Below are positions 26,955 through 36,869 of a stretch of 64,000 nt of DNA, one piece after another. A program made the translations under genes and the position numbers. A model generated the notes under the pieces. It worked only from the letters and a program-made list of their open reading frames with translations. It did not search any database and was not told the DNA's origin. Every line of letters begins with the position of its first letter. Positions within the stretch are counted from its first letter, which is position 1. The stretch comes from a bacterium (GTDB lineage Bacteria > UBA8248): contig OZ253442.1 in assembly GCA_965261085.1 (NCBI GenBank), forward strand, positions 4,032,001-4,096,000, given 5' to 3'.

Positions 26955-27716
26955 TCAGCCCTTGAAATTCCGCTCCTCATGGATTTTCTGCGCCCGGCGC
27001 AAATCCGCCTTCGTGTTCACGCCCAAAGCCTCTTCGGGCGATGCCAGACAGATGCCGAGAATCACGCGGCCCTCGGCGCGCGCGATGGGAAAAACATCGG
27101 GCAGGTAAAACTCCCCCTGGTTGTTTTCGGCCCTGACTCTCGGCAGGGCGTTTTGCAGGAAAGCGACCTCGAAGGCATAGACGCCCGTGTTGATCTCGAG
27201 AATCCTTTTCTGCGCATCCGTAGCGTCCGCCTCCTCCACCACGCCGATGAGTTCCTCGCCCTCGCGCACCACGCGGCCATATCCGTGCGGATCCCCGGCG
27301 GTGGCCGTGAGCATGGTGGCCGCCGCGCCCGCCTCTTCATGGAGGCGGGCCAACTGCCTCAAGGTGGCGGTTCGTATCAGGGGCGCATCACCACACAACA
27401 GAAAAAGATGTTTCGCCTTGGTGGACAGGGCGGACAAGCCCACCTCGGCGGCGTGTCCCGTGCCGAGTTGTTCTTCCTGAACGGCGAAGACGATATCCGC
27501 ATCATCGCCTGAAAACGCCTCTTGAACGTCATGGGCCTGGTGGCCCACGACGGTGACGATGGGCTGGGCGCCTGCTTCTCGCGCAGTGGTCACGACGTGG
27601 CGGATCAGGGGCTCCCCGCCCACGGGATGCAGCACTTTCGCCAGCGGGGATCGCATGCGCCTGCCCTGGCCGGCCGCAAGGATGACGGCGGCGAACCCAT
27701 CGCCTCGATGCGACAA
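26955..27716 (-). CDS. glmU: GlcNAc-1-P uridylyltransferase domain only (GlmU N-terminal half)
   Basis: ILAAGQGRRM.S..AKVLH, QEEQLGTGHA, GD.PL, YGR, EINTG, NNQGEFYLPD and GVN; stops before any LbH domain. Confidence 0.85.
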   Translation of the reverse strand: MSHRGDGFAAVILAAGQGRRMRSPLAKVLHPVGGEPLIRHVVTTAREAGAQPIVTVVGHQAHDVQEAFSGDDADIVFAVQEEQLGTGHAAEVGLSALSTKAKHLFLLCGDAPLIRTATLRQLARLHEEAGAAATMLTATAGDPHGYGRVVREGEELIGVVEEADATDAQKRILEINTGVYAFEVAFLQNALPRVRAENNQGEFYLPDVFPIARAEGRVILGICLASPEEALGVNTKADLRRAQKIHEERNFKG

Positions 27717-27721
27717 AAAAT

Positions 27722-29110
27722 TTATCTCCGGCGGGTGGGGGAAGACTTGGTGAGTCCGAATTCCTGGAGTTTTCTTCTCAGCGTGTTGCGGTTGATCCCC
27801 AACAGACGCGACGCCTGCACCTGGTTTCCGCCCGCTTCGCGGAGCACCAGTTCAAGTAAGGGTTTTTCGACGCTGCGGATGGTGTGATCGTAGAAATCGC
27901 TGCTCCCTCCATCGCCCAAGGCGGTGACTACCGAGGAGAGCCTTTCGCGGAAAAAGCCTTCGATGTCGCTGCTTCTCTTCCTCTGGGGCGAGGGGCTCAA
28001 ATCATCGAGTGAAATCGAGTTGCCCTCGCTCACCAGGAAGGCGCGGCACACGGCCATCTCGAGTTCGGATTCATTTCCCCACCACTTCTGCCCGCAGAAC
28101 CATTCCATCGCCGCCGGCGTAATCCGCCTTCTCGGCTGTCCGACGCGGCTCGAAAATTCATCCAGAACCCCCTGGGCCACGAGCGAAATGTCCTTTTTCC
28201 TATCGCGCAGCGGGGGAATCTTGATGAAACAAGCCGTCTCCTTGCGGTACAGACGATTGAGAATCTTGTCCTGTATCAGCCTTTCGGGATCGTGCGTGCA
28301 TCCGAATATCACGCGAAACTCCTGTGAGAGGCTTTTTTCCCTCAAAACCTTGGACAACGCCTTCTGGTGGTCCAAGGAGATGAGCTGGGCGTCTTCGATG
28401 AAGAGCGTACCCCCTTTTTCGAGTATATCTCCCTCTTCACCACGCTTCTCTGCCATACGTTTGATGGCTTTCTCAAGCGTCGAGGCGCGCCTCATTTTCG
28501 GCCCCCAGTGCAAAAAAGGGTGCCGAGCCCCTGGATATTGGGAATGCAGCGCGCGGGCGACGAGCTGAAAATTCAACCCCTTCTCCCCCTCGAGGAGAAT
28601 AGAGCGGTATTTCTGCCCCGCAAGTTGAATCGAGCGCCTGAGCCTCTCGGCCGCCGCGCTCGTTCCCACGAATCGCCATCCACTATGCTCTTCCCTCGCC
28701 TCGGTGCGAAGCCACCTGAGTTCCCTGCGAAGATAGCCCTCCTCACTCAACGACCGGGAGAACTGAAACACTTCTTCGGGATGCACCTCGTCGACGAAAA
28801 CGCTCCGCGCGCCCGATTGGATGCTCAAGGGCGTGAGTCCTTTATCCTCGGGGCGCAACACCGCCGCGAACGGCTTGCCCGTCTCCGCGATTCTCCGCAT
28901 CGGAGCCGTCTCGGCGGGATCGGCCGCCCCGTAAAGAATAAAATCGCACCAATTCACGCTCGATCGCGCTTTATGGGGAGTTTCGAAATAAAGCGCCTCC
29001 ATGCCGATGTTCCGCAAGCCGCCGAGCATACCCTCTCTGCCCGGCGTGAGGTGGCCTACGAAGAGCGCCTTCGCGTGAGTCGCTTCCTTATTGATTGCAT
29101 TCACCAACAC
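27722..29110 (-). CDS. Degenerate NtrC/sigma54-activator-like protein with Fis-type HTH
   Basis: I.IPPLRDRKKDI, W.GN..EL and GGNQVQASRLLGINRNTLRRKL. Walker A reads GEKGLNFQ and GAFTGA is absent. Start uncertain. Confidence 0.75.
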   Translation of the reverse strand: MLVNAINKEATHAKALFVGHLTPGREGMLGGLRNIGMEALYFETPHKARSSVNWCDFILYGAADPAETAPMRRIAETGKPFAAVLRPEDKGLTPLSIQSGARSVFVDEVHPEEVFQFSRSLSEEGYLRRELRWLRTEAREEHSGWRFVGTSAAAERLRRSIQLAGQKYRSILLEGEKGLNFQLVARALHSQYPGARHPFLHWGPKMRRASTLEKAIKRMAEKRGEEGDILEKGGTLFIEDAQLISLDHQKALSKVLREKSLSQEFRVIFGCTHDPERLIQDKILNRLYRKETACFIKIPPLRDRKKDISLVAQGVLDEFSSRVGQPRRRITPAAMEWFCGQKWWGNESELEMAVCRAFLVSEGNSISLDDLSPSPQRKRSSDIEGFFRERLSSVVTALGDGGSSDFYDHTIRSVEKPLLELVLREAGGNQVQASRLLGINRNTLRRKLQEFGLTKSSPTRRR

Positions 29111-29116
29111 ATACCC

Positions 29117-29422
29117 TCAACGCATCCGAAAAACCGGTCCGGTATCCGAAAGACCGGAAAAAACCACTTCATCGCCGATGGAGGGCTCGCCTTCATCATC
29201 ATCCGCGAGGCGGGCGAGAATTCGCCCCCCCTCTTCCAATTCCACCAAAGCGAGCAGATAGGGCGTCGGCATCCCCCTGGCTCCCATGTGAACCAATGAG
29301 AAGCTGTAGACGACTCCCCGCCCGGAGGCTCGTCTCTCTTCCGTCCCTGCGCCGCAATGACTGCAACGCTCCGACTTCTCTAAATAAATTCGCCCGCATC
29401 CGGCGCAAACGAACATCTCCAT
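29117..29422 (-). CDS. DUF35 Zn-ribbon/OB-fold protein
   Basis: CAGCG...CSHCG, G.VYSFS, PY.LALVELEEG and IGDEV. Confidence 0.88.
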   Translation of the reverse strand: MEMFVCAGCGRIYLEKSERCSHCGAGTEERRASGRGVVYSFSLVHMGARGMPTPYLLALVELEEGGRILARLADDDEGEPSIGDEVVFSGLSDTGPVFRMR

Positions 29423-29448
29423 CCGCGATCATCCATCCTTCTCCGCGC

Positions 29449-30609
29449 TCAGGCGGTCGCCCCCAGAATATGCACGGCGCATGTGGCGCCCGAGCCTCCC
29501 AGATTGTGGGCCAGACCCACTCCGGCGCCCGGAACCTGGCGTGGGCCCGCCTCTCCGCGTAACTGAAGCGTGAGCTCATGAATCTGCGCCACGCCCGTCG
29601 CCCCTACCGGGTGGCCTTTCGATTTCAGGCCGCCGCTGGTGTTCACCGGCATCGCGCCGCCGAGCTTCGTCATCCCCTCCAGCGCGCCGCGGCCTCCCTC
29701 GCCTTTGGCGAAAAACCCCAAATCCTCGAGCGCAATGATCTCGGCGACCGTGAAACAATCGTGAATCTCGGCCAGGTCGATGTCCTCACGACTGAGCTCC
29801 GCCTGGGAGAAGGCCTCCTCCCCCGCCTTTTGCGTGGCGTAAAAAGAAGTAATGTCGCGCTTGTCGGAGAGCGCGGGTGAATCCGACGCCTGCGCCGACG
29901 CGAGAACCTCGATGGGCTTTCCGTGATACGCAGAGGCCATTTCGGCGGGGCACAACACGACGGCCGCCGCCCCGTCGCTGATGAGCGAGCAATCAAAAAG
30001 CCCGAGCGGCTCGGCTACGGGCTTGGCGTCCAGCACCTGGGGGAGCGTTACGTCTTTTTGCATGTGCGCGTTCGGGTTGAGCCTGCCGTGGGCGTGATTT
30101 TTCACCGCCACGTGGGCGATCTGCTCACGCGTCGTTCCGTGCTCGTGCATGTGGCGTCGGGCGATGAGACCGAAAAGAGCGGGAAACGTGGAGCCGACGC
30201 TCGCCTCCACCGCCACGTCCCCGGCGGCGGCGAGGATGGATGCCGTCTCGTCCGTCTCCGCCGACGTCATCTTCTCCACCCCTGCGATAAGGGCGAAATC
30301 CACCTGTCCCGAAGCCACGGCCAGCACCCCCTGGCGCATGGCGAGTCCTCCCGAGGCGCAAGCGCCCTCGAGCCGGGTGCAGGGTATCGCGCCCAGTCCC
30401 GCCGCGTGCGCCACCATGGGCGCGAGGTGGTTTTGCCCGACGAAGGCGTGGCCGGCGAAATTTCCCAGAAAAAACGCCTCGATTCGCTCAGGTTCGAGAC
30501 CGGCGTCCTCGAGCGCGTTCCTGCAAGCGATCGCGCCCAGGGCGATGAGGCTTTCCGAGCGCACCCCAAAAGGCGTGATGCCAACCCCGATGATCGATAC
30601 GTCACGCAC
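29449..30609 (-). CDS. Thiolase (SCP2/archaeal type)
   Basis: EGACASGG, GVEKM, DGAAA, EIHDCF, GGLKSKGHPVGATG and HNLGG. Confidence 0.92.
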   Translation of the reverse strand: MRDVSIIGVGITPFGVRSESLIALGAIACRNALEDAGLEPERIEAFFLGNFAGHAFVGQNHLAPMVAHAAGLGAIPCTRLEGACASGGLAMRQGVLAVASGQVDFALIAGVEKMTSAETDETASILAAAGDVAVEASVGSTFPALFGLIARRHMHEHGTTREQIAHVAVKNHAHGRLNPNAHMQKDVTLPQVLDAKPVAEPLGLFDCSLISDGAAAVVLCPAEMASAYHGKPIEVLASAQASDSPALSDKRDITSFYATQKAGEEAFSQAELSREDIDLAEIHDCFTVAEIIALEDLGFFAKGEGGRGALEGMTKLGGAMPVNTSGGLKSKGHPVGATGVAQIHELTLQLRGEAGPRQVPGAGVGLAHNLGGSGATCAVHILGATA

Positions 30610-30629
30610 TTCTCACCCCCTCGCTGTAT

Positions 30630-31958
30630 TCATACGCGCGATTCGCGCAAATCTACGAACCTTTTCGCCTTGAACGTCGTTCTCTCGAAAGAACCCGCAG
30701 GCAAAACCTCCACGTCGGGCGTCACCAGGAGTTCCTTTCGGAGCCTGTCGCGCAATTTGTCGCCCAAGGTCGAGTTCGCCTCTCCCTCGGTGGCTTCGGC
30801 CACGACGACGCAACGATCCCGCCCCGTCGATTCATCCGGGTGCAATTCCACGCGGAACTCGTTGCTGAGGCCCGAGAAACTCCGCACCACTTCTTCCACC
30901 TGAATGGGGTAGAACTTCGCTCCCTTGTAGATGACGAGATCGTCATGGCGTCCGAGAATGCCCCCCGGCGAGCGCAGGTGCGTTCTGCCGCAAGGGCTGG
31001 GAGAGCTGTCCACGCGCGCGAAATCATTCGTCCAGTAGCGCAGCATGGGCGTGGCCTCGCGCGTGAGATGCGTGATGACGAGAATGCCCACTTCGCCTTC
31101 GGGCGTCGGCTTTTTCGTCTCGGGGTCGACCACTTCGATGATGTGGTGATCCTCCGCCCAGATGAGGCCGGATTTCGCCACCGATTCACTCGCGAAGGTC
31201 GGCCCGATCTCGCCCAGCCCGTAATAATCATAAGCGTCGATTCCGAGGGCGGCTTCGATTCGAGAGCGCGTAGAGGGGTTCTGCGCGCCCGCCTCCCCGC
31301 CAAAGGAGCCGATTTTCAAGGGAATCTCACCGGGCTCCACACCGCTTTCGGTGAGTTTCTCGCCGATGTACAAGCCATAGCTGGGCGTGCTCAAGAGCAC
31401 CGTCGAGCCGATGGTGGTGAGATAGAGTATCTGGCGCTCCGTCATGGCGGCGCCGATGGGTATCACGAAACAACCGATCTTCTGGGTGGCGTAGTGCACG
31501 CTCATTCCGGCGACCCACAGGCCGTAGCTGAATGCGTTCTGGACGATGTCGCCCGGCCGTACCCCGAAGCTCCACATCGTGCGCGCCGTGAAATCCGCGA
31601 TGTTCTCGACGTCTTGCTTGCTCCAGATTGTGCTCACGGGCACCCCGGTCGTACCCGTGGAGGGGTGCAGCTCTCCCCACTCCTGGGGCGGAGCGACGGT
31701 GTATCGCCCAAAGGGCGGATGCGCTTGCTGCTCATTCCTGAGTTCTTGCTTGGTGACGAAAGGAATTTTCCGCAGGTCATCGAGCGTGCGCACCGAATCG
31801 GGTCCCACGCCCGCCGCATCGAGGCGTTCACGATAGAATTCGGATTTCTGATAGCAGCGGCGGACCTGCCACTTGAGGCGTTCGAGTTGCAGGGAGGCGA
31901 GTTCATCGCGCGCCATGCGTTCGATGCGCCGATCCCAAAAATCACCGTTTCCCACCAT
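30630..31958 (-). CDS. Phenylacetate-CoA ligase family protein
   Basis: LQLERLK, PFVTK, STGTTG, YGL.E, P.LRYWTND and GRHDD. Confidence 0.9.
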   Translation of the reverse strand: MVGNGDFWDRRIERMARDELASLQLERLKWQVRRCYQKSEFYRERLDAAGVGPDSVRTLDDLRKIPFVTKQELRNEQQAHPPFGRYTVAPPQEWGELHPSTGTTGVPVSTIWSKQDVENIADFTARTMWSFGVRPGDIVQNAFSYGLWVAGMSVHYATQKIGCFVIPIGAAMTERQILYLTTIGSTVLLSTPSYGLYIGEKLTESGVEPGEIPLKIGSFGGEAGAQNPSTRSRIEAALGIDAYDYYGLGEIGPTFASESVAKSGLIWAEDHHIIEVVDPETKKPTPEGEVGILVITHLTREATPMLRYWTNDFARVDSSPSPCGRTHLRSPGGILGRHDDLVIYKGAKFYPIQVEEVVRSFSGLSNEFRVELHPDESTGRDRCVVVAEATEGEANSTLGDKLRDRLRKELLVTPDVEVLPAGSFERTTFKAKRFVDLRESRV

Positions 31959-32149
31959 GGCCGCGGAACCTTATGTAAGGAGATAAAAGCGAGCAAAACC
32001 GTCCCGCACCCCACAACCGATATTCAATTCGTAGACGAAAATCTCGATAAGAGACGTTAGAAAAAATAGCACACCGAAGGGTGGCGCGCAAGAAAAGTAT
32101 TTCCAGGAAAACCCCGAGACTTCACACCGAGGGGCTTAGGAATGGTAAA

Positions 32150-34072
32150 TCAAAAGGTTATCGTGGTTCCCGCCACCTGAGGGTCGTCGAGCGCGCCAAG
32201 GAGCGCCTCCATCACGCGAGCCGGGCAGGCGCGGCCCTCGATATTCAGCATGAACCCATCCATCAACTCCCGCCTCATCCAACTCGCGAACACCGCCGCC
32301 TCGTCCAAATCCTCCGAATTCGCCTTTCCGCCCTCGAAGCTATCGTCCAGGAATATCTCGTTTATCTTCTCTTCCAGGATGTGAACGGGCGGCTCGCTTT
32401 TCTCGAAAGATACTTCATGAGCGAGGAGTCCATCCCTGATGAAATAACAGTATCGCTCCTCGCGCGTCTGCCCGGGTTCGACGATGATGAGCCTTCTCCT
32501 CTCAACGGACGGCCCCGAGAGGGCGAACATCCTCGCCAGATGATGAAGGCAAGCGATATGACGTCTCAGCTTACCCGGTGATGGGCCCTCCTCTCTCCAG
32601 GCCTTCTGGAGAAGGGAGAATACGCTCTCATCCTCTTTCGGGAGACGACCCTCCAGGATATCTCTCAACATCTCGAAGAGTTCCGCATATTCTGAATCCG
32701 GCAACCGGGGCGGTTTTTTACCGCCCGGCGATGCGCCGCGCTTCTTGGCGTCGCGAAATCCCTCCGGCGCTTCATGGGGAAGTGGAAAGGCGGCGCAAAT
32801 GGCTTCCAGCAAATCGGCAAGCTGCGCTTTTTTCCGAAACGGGCCATAGTAGCAGGCGCCATCGCGGGCAAGACGGGAGACGAAGGATACCCCGCGCCGT
32901 GCGCCATTGGCCGAGAGCCTCAAAAAACCTCCGCCCGCTACGGCGAAGTTCCCGTTCATGAGGCTGGATTTTCGCATCGCCCGGAAAGCCTCGATGTTCA
33001 TGGCCAACTCACTTCGCAGGCTCTTCGCCTCCACGTGGCGCACACCCTTGAGCCTAAGGGCGAACCGGCCGGCGGAGCGATTTTTGGGATAAAACATATC
33101 CCGCACCGCTCGCCGTATGTCGTTGGCCTTGCCCGCGAACACGAGTCTTTCATCCTTGTCATACAGGCGATAAACGCCGCGATCACGGGGGAGAGATTCA
33201 ATCTTCGCCGGGTCGAGTCGAATCCCCTCCGCCATCGAAGGAGAACCCCCCTCGTCTGGCTGCTGAAACGCGAGCAGGGATTCGAGGCTGCCTAGCCCCA
33301 AAAGGCGGCACATCTGCTGAAAACGGATGAAGATCTGCGCCGTCACCCGGGCATCGCCCAAAGCGCGATGCCTTCCCTTCTCGGAATCGGGAAGCCCCAG
33401 GGACGTGCTCAACTCCGCGAGGTTGAAGCGTTTTTGACCCGGCAACAACAGATTCGCCAATTCAAACGTGCAAAGAACCTGTGGTGAAAAATCGCGCTCC
33501 AGGAACTCTTGCGCGTAATACTGAAGAAAATGAAGGTCGAAATTCGCGCAATGGGCGACGAACACACACCCGTCGATGAAATCCAGAAATCCGGGCAGCA
33601 CTTCCATCAGCCCCGGTTTGTCCGCCACCATGGCGTCGGTGATGCCCGTCAGGCGAACGACGTTCCAGGGAATCTCCCGGCCCGGATAGACCAGCGCGTC
33701 CCAGGAATCCACCACTTCGCCGGCGCGAACCTTGACGGCGGCCAATTCCGTAACCCGGTGCTGGGGGGGACGCCCGCCCGTGGTCTCGATATCGACAACG
33801 GCGAAGGTGGTTTCGGGAAGATAGGGCCGGGAGAGCAAACGGGCGGCCTCTTCCGCACTCATGAGGTCGCCCGCTCCGTTTACGGCGCTTTTTTCAAGAA
33901 GAGGCCCGAGGATATCGAACGCCGCCGAATCATCTATCTCTTTGAGGCTCAAGGCATTGCGGACATATTCAAACGCGGCGGATTCTTGAATCGCCACCCG
34001 TTTCTCTTGCGTCGTTTCCTGAGCCATGAGCCTGCGCTTTTGTGAAGACATGGGCCGTGAGTCGATCGACAT
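32150..34072 (-). CDS. DEDDh (DnaQ-like) exonuclease fused to a degenerate UvrC-type GIY-YIG domain
   Basis: VVDIETTG, LTGI, AH.A.FD and HRALGDA, then LP...GVYRLYD....VFAGKA and YYGPF. Start may be a later Met. Confidence 0.82.
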   Translation of the reverse strand: MSIDSRPMSSQKRRLMAQETTQEKRVAIQESAAFEYVRNALSLKEIDDSAAFDILGPLLEKSAVNGAGDLMSAEEAARLLSRPYLPETTFAVVDIETTGGRPPQHRVTELAAVKVRAGEVVDSWDALVYPGREIPWNVVRLTGITDAMVADKPGLMEVLPGFLDFIDGCVFVAHCANFDLHFLQYYAQEFLERDFSPQVLCTFELANLLLPGQKRFNLAELSTSLGLPDSEKGRHRALGDARVTAQIFIRFQQMCRLLGLGSLESLLAFQQPDEGGSPSMAEGIRLDPAKIESLPRDRGVYRLYDKDERLVFAGKANDIRRAVRDMFYPKNRSAGRFALRLKGVRHVEAKSLRSELAMNIEAFRAMRKSSLMNGNFAVAGGGFLRLSANGARRGVSFVSRLARDGACYYGPFRKKAQLADLLEAICAAFPLPHEAPEGFRDAKKRGASPGGKKPPRLPDSEYAELFEMLRDILEGRLPKEDESVFSLLQKAWREEGPSPGKLRRHIACLHHLARMFALSGPSVERRRLIIVEPGQTREERYCYFIRDGLLAHEVSFEKSEPPVHILEEKINEIFLDDSFEGGKANSEDLDEAAVFASWMRRELMDGFMLNIEGRACPARVMEALLGALDDPQVAGTTITF

Positions 34073-34190
34073 GCTCCAAATGTAGCAGAAAGTAGGTGAG
34101 GATCATAGTCTGTTTCCCCTCAGCTCGTTCACCAAGCGCGCCTGTTTTGGTATAACTCAAGAACGTGGTCTTTTCGGAAGGAGAGCAACC

Positions 34191-34616
34191 TTGTTCGGAA
34201 GCATCGGAATGACGGAGTTGATCGTGATCATGGTGGTCGCCCTGGTCGTCATAGGACCCAAGCGTCTGCCGGAGATGGCCCGCACGCTCGGAAAGGCCCT
34301 GGGCGACTTCAAGCGCGCAACGTCGGATTTTCAGAGCAGCTTCAGCATGGAAGACGACTACGATCTCGACGTGCTCGATGAGGACGTAAAACAGCAGGAC
34401 AAAAAAGCAAGCACTGAAGAATCCAAAGACGACGAGGGCGACGACGAGGAAGAAGACGACGCGGCGGAGTTGGCTGAGAAACCGACCCAGACCGAGACGA
34501 ACGAACCCGCGCCCGAGGCGGGCGACACCGCGCCTGAGGCCGAGGCCGACGCCACGGAGAACAAAGCGGCTCCAGATGAAACCGGACCCGCGCGAGAGGA
34601 CGACAAGCAGACGTGA
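34191..34616 (+). CDS. tatB: Twin-arginine translocase TatA/TatB subunit
   Basis: FGSIGMTEL..I.VVAL.V.GPKRLPE, acidic tail; AGGAG RBS; directly upstream of tatC. Confidence 0.88.
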   Translation: MFGSIGMTELIVIMVVALVVIGPKRLPEMARTLGKALGDFKRATSDFQSSFSMEDDYDLDVLDEDVKQQDKKASTEESKDDEGDDEEEDDAAELAEKPTQTETNEPAPEAGDTAPEAEADATENKAAPDETGPAREDDKQT

Positions 34617-35380
34617 GCGGCGATGCTTCCATGCCCCTCACCGGGCACCTGACGGAGTTGCGCAACAGAATCCTCTACATCCTCGGCACGATTCTCGTCG
34701 TGTTCATGGGCGCCTATTTTTTCTCGACCGAACTGCTGACCTTCATACAGCGCCCCATCGCCGGGCAGAAACTCGTATTCCTGTCGCCGACGGAAGCATT
34801 TTTCGCGCACGTCAAGGTCTCGTTTTTCTGCTCGGTGTTCATCAGCCTACCCATCATCTTGTTTCAGATCTGGCGATTCTGCGCCCCGGGACTGAAGGGC
34901 CGGGAGAAGCGCTACATCGTGCCCTTCGTGTTCTTCTCGACGCTGAGCTTCATCGTAGGCGCCCTTTTCTGCTATTTCCTGATTCTGCCCTACGGCCTCG
35001 CTTTTCTGCTGAGCTTCGCCACCGAATCCCTGACGCCCCAGATTTCGGTAGGTTTTTACATCTCCTTCGCCTTTAAGCTCATTTTCACGTTCGGTCTGGT
35101 ATTCGAGGTGCCGATCATCACCATCCTGCTCGTGCAAATCGGCGTCATCACGCCCGATTTCCTCTCGAAAAACCGCGGGTACGTCATCGTCGGCGCATTC
35201 GTCCTGTCCGCTCTGCTCACGCCGCCCGACGTGGTGACGCAGGTATTTCTCGCAGGACCCGTCATCGTGCTGTTCGAGATCAGCATTATCATCTCGAAAA
35301 TCATCATAAAGCGAAAGAAAAAGCGCGAGGAGGAAAGGGAGAAGGAATGGGAAGACGACGAAGACGATGATACGGACTAG
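34613..35380 (+). CDS. tatC: Twin-arginine translocase TatC
   Basis: HL.ELR.R, PTEAF, QIW.F.APGL..RE, FEVP and LTPPD. Confidence 0.96.
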   Translation: MSGDASMPLTGHLTELRNRILYILGTILVVFMGAYFFSTELLTFIQRPIAGQKLVFLSPTEAFFAHVKVSFFCSVFISLPIILFQIWRFCAPGLKGREKRYIVPFVFFSTLSFIVGALFCYFLILPYGLAFLLSFATESLTPQISVGFYISFAFKLIFTFGLVFEVPIITILLVQIGVITPDFLSKNRGYVIVGAFVLSALLTPPDVVTQVFLAGPVIVLFEISIIISKIIIKRKKKREEEREKEWEDDEDDDTD

Positions 35381-35555
35381 GCTGTGGATGCCCTGCTCCA
35401 GGAAGCGGACCCGCCCTCAGAAGCGACTGAGGAAGCCCTCTTGAATCCCCCGGATCCCCGCGGCCCGGCAACCCCCTCCGCTAGAATCACCTGCGCACCG
35501 TACGCGCCCACGACTTCCGAAGCCCGCGCCCAATCCGGGTGAGCGCCGCCTCAAT

Positions 35556-35837
35556 ATGAAAGAGGAGACACGGCGGATTCGCCTCATCATCCGGGGCCGG
35601 GTGCAGGGCGTATGGTACCGGGGCAGCGCGCAGGAAATCGCCCGCGAACTCGGCCTCACCGGATGGGTGAGAAACTTACACGACGGGAGCGTGGAGCTGG
35701 TTGCCGAAGGCGAGGGTCCGGCGCTCGATGCCTTCAAGGCATGGTGCCGCAAGGGACCGCCACTGGCGAGAGTCTATGACATTTTTGAAGAACAGATAAC
35801 GCCATGCGGGAAGCCGGCCTCGTTCGAGGTTCGCTGA
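35556..35837 (+). CDS. acyP: Acylphosphatase
   Basis: GRVQGVWYR, GWVRNL.DGSVE and GPP.ARV. Confidence 0.94.
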   Translation: MKEETRRIRLIIRGRVQGVWYRGSAQEIARELGLTGWVRNLHDGSVELVAEGEGPALDAFKAWCRKGPPLARVYDIFEEQITPCGKPASFEVR

Positions 35838-35843
35838 AACGCG

Positions 35844-36743
35844 CTAGATACCCGCAAATCCCGTCCAGAAGATGAGATAGGAAGATATGGCGTTCAGATA
35901 ATTCGAGATCAGCAGAACGCCCACTAGTAGAAGCATGGCGCTGCTCGCGATTTCCACCCCATGGAAATAGCGCCTAAACGATTGATAGAACCGGAAGAAA
36001 TAACCCACGCCCAAACCGCTCAAGAGGAACGGAACGCCCAGCCCTGCGGAATAGCTCGCGAGCAGAACGACGCCCTGTCCCGCCGTTTGCTGCGTTCCGG
36101 CGAACAGAAGAATGCTGCCCAGAATCGGGCCGACGCAGGGCGTCCAGCCGGCGGCGAAGGTGACACCGACCAACATGCTGCCGAGCCAGCCGGCGGGCTT
36201 GCTTTTCAGCATGATGCGGTTTTCAGAGGAGAGCACGGGCAGGAAAACGGCCACGAATACATAAAGGGCGGCAGCCGTGAGCACCCCGCCCAGCGTGGGG
36301 TAGCCCATTTGCAGGCCCGCCAGCCCCGCCATGAAAATCAGGGCGGCGAAAGCGCCGCTCACGCCGGTCGATTTTTCGGAGAAAAACCTCTGGCCTCTGA
36401 AATCAAAGGCCCTGTCGCCGACATAGAGACCGAACATGGTGATCATGATGCCGCCCAGCAGCCTGACGTGATCCTGATACTCAAAGAGTATCTTTCCTAC
36501 GAAAGACACGCTGGCGCCCAATATGACGAAGACGAGAGAAAACCCCGCCACGAAAAACAGGGAATTCACCAAAATGACGCTTCGAACGCGGGCGGCCTCG
36601 CCGCTCTCTCTTATTTCCTCATAGGACAAGCCGGTTAAATAGGAAAGATAACTGGGAACCAGCGGGAGGATGCACGGGGAGGCGAAACTCAACACCCCCG
36701 CCGCGAAAGCCAGACTCAATGACAAGTTTTCCGGGGCCATCAT
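35844..36743 (-). CDS. ccdA: Cytochrome c biogenesis CcdA/DsbD transmembrane protein
   Basis: SFASPCILPLVP.Y and GWTPCVGPIL cysteine motifs; multi-TM. Confidence 0.92.
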   Translation of the reverse strand: MMAPENLSLSLAFAAGVLSFASPCILPLVPSYLSYLTGLSYEEIRESGEAARVRSVILVNSLFFVAGFSLVFVILGASVSFVGKILFEYQDHVRLLGGIMITMFGLYVGDRAFDFRGQRFFSEKSTGVSGAFAALIFMAGLAGLQMGYPTLGGVLTAAALYVFVAVFLPVLSSENRIMLKSKPAGWLGSMLVGVTFAAGWTPCVGPILGSILLFAGTQQTAGQGVVLLASYSAGLGVPFLLSGLGVGYFFRFYQSFRRYFHGVEIASSAMLLLVGVLLISNYLNAISSYLIFWTGFAGI

Positions 36744-36869
36744 TTTCCCTTATCAAAATTGCCGGCGGCCATGCGGATGGTTGGTTGTCTCCACCGAATC
36801 CCGACGAACTATCCTATCACAGTAAAACAGGGGTTCGGGCTGAAATTGCCGAGATGAATTAAATCCGAA

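Noticed and set aside
35384-35555. Small ORF between tatC and acyP
   Set aside because: Pro/Ala-rich, no RBS, no family signal.
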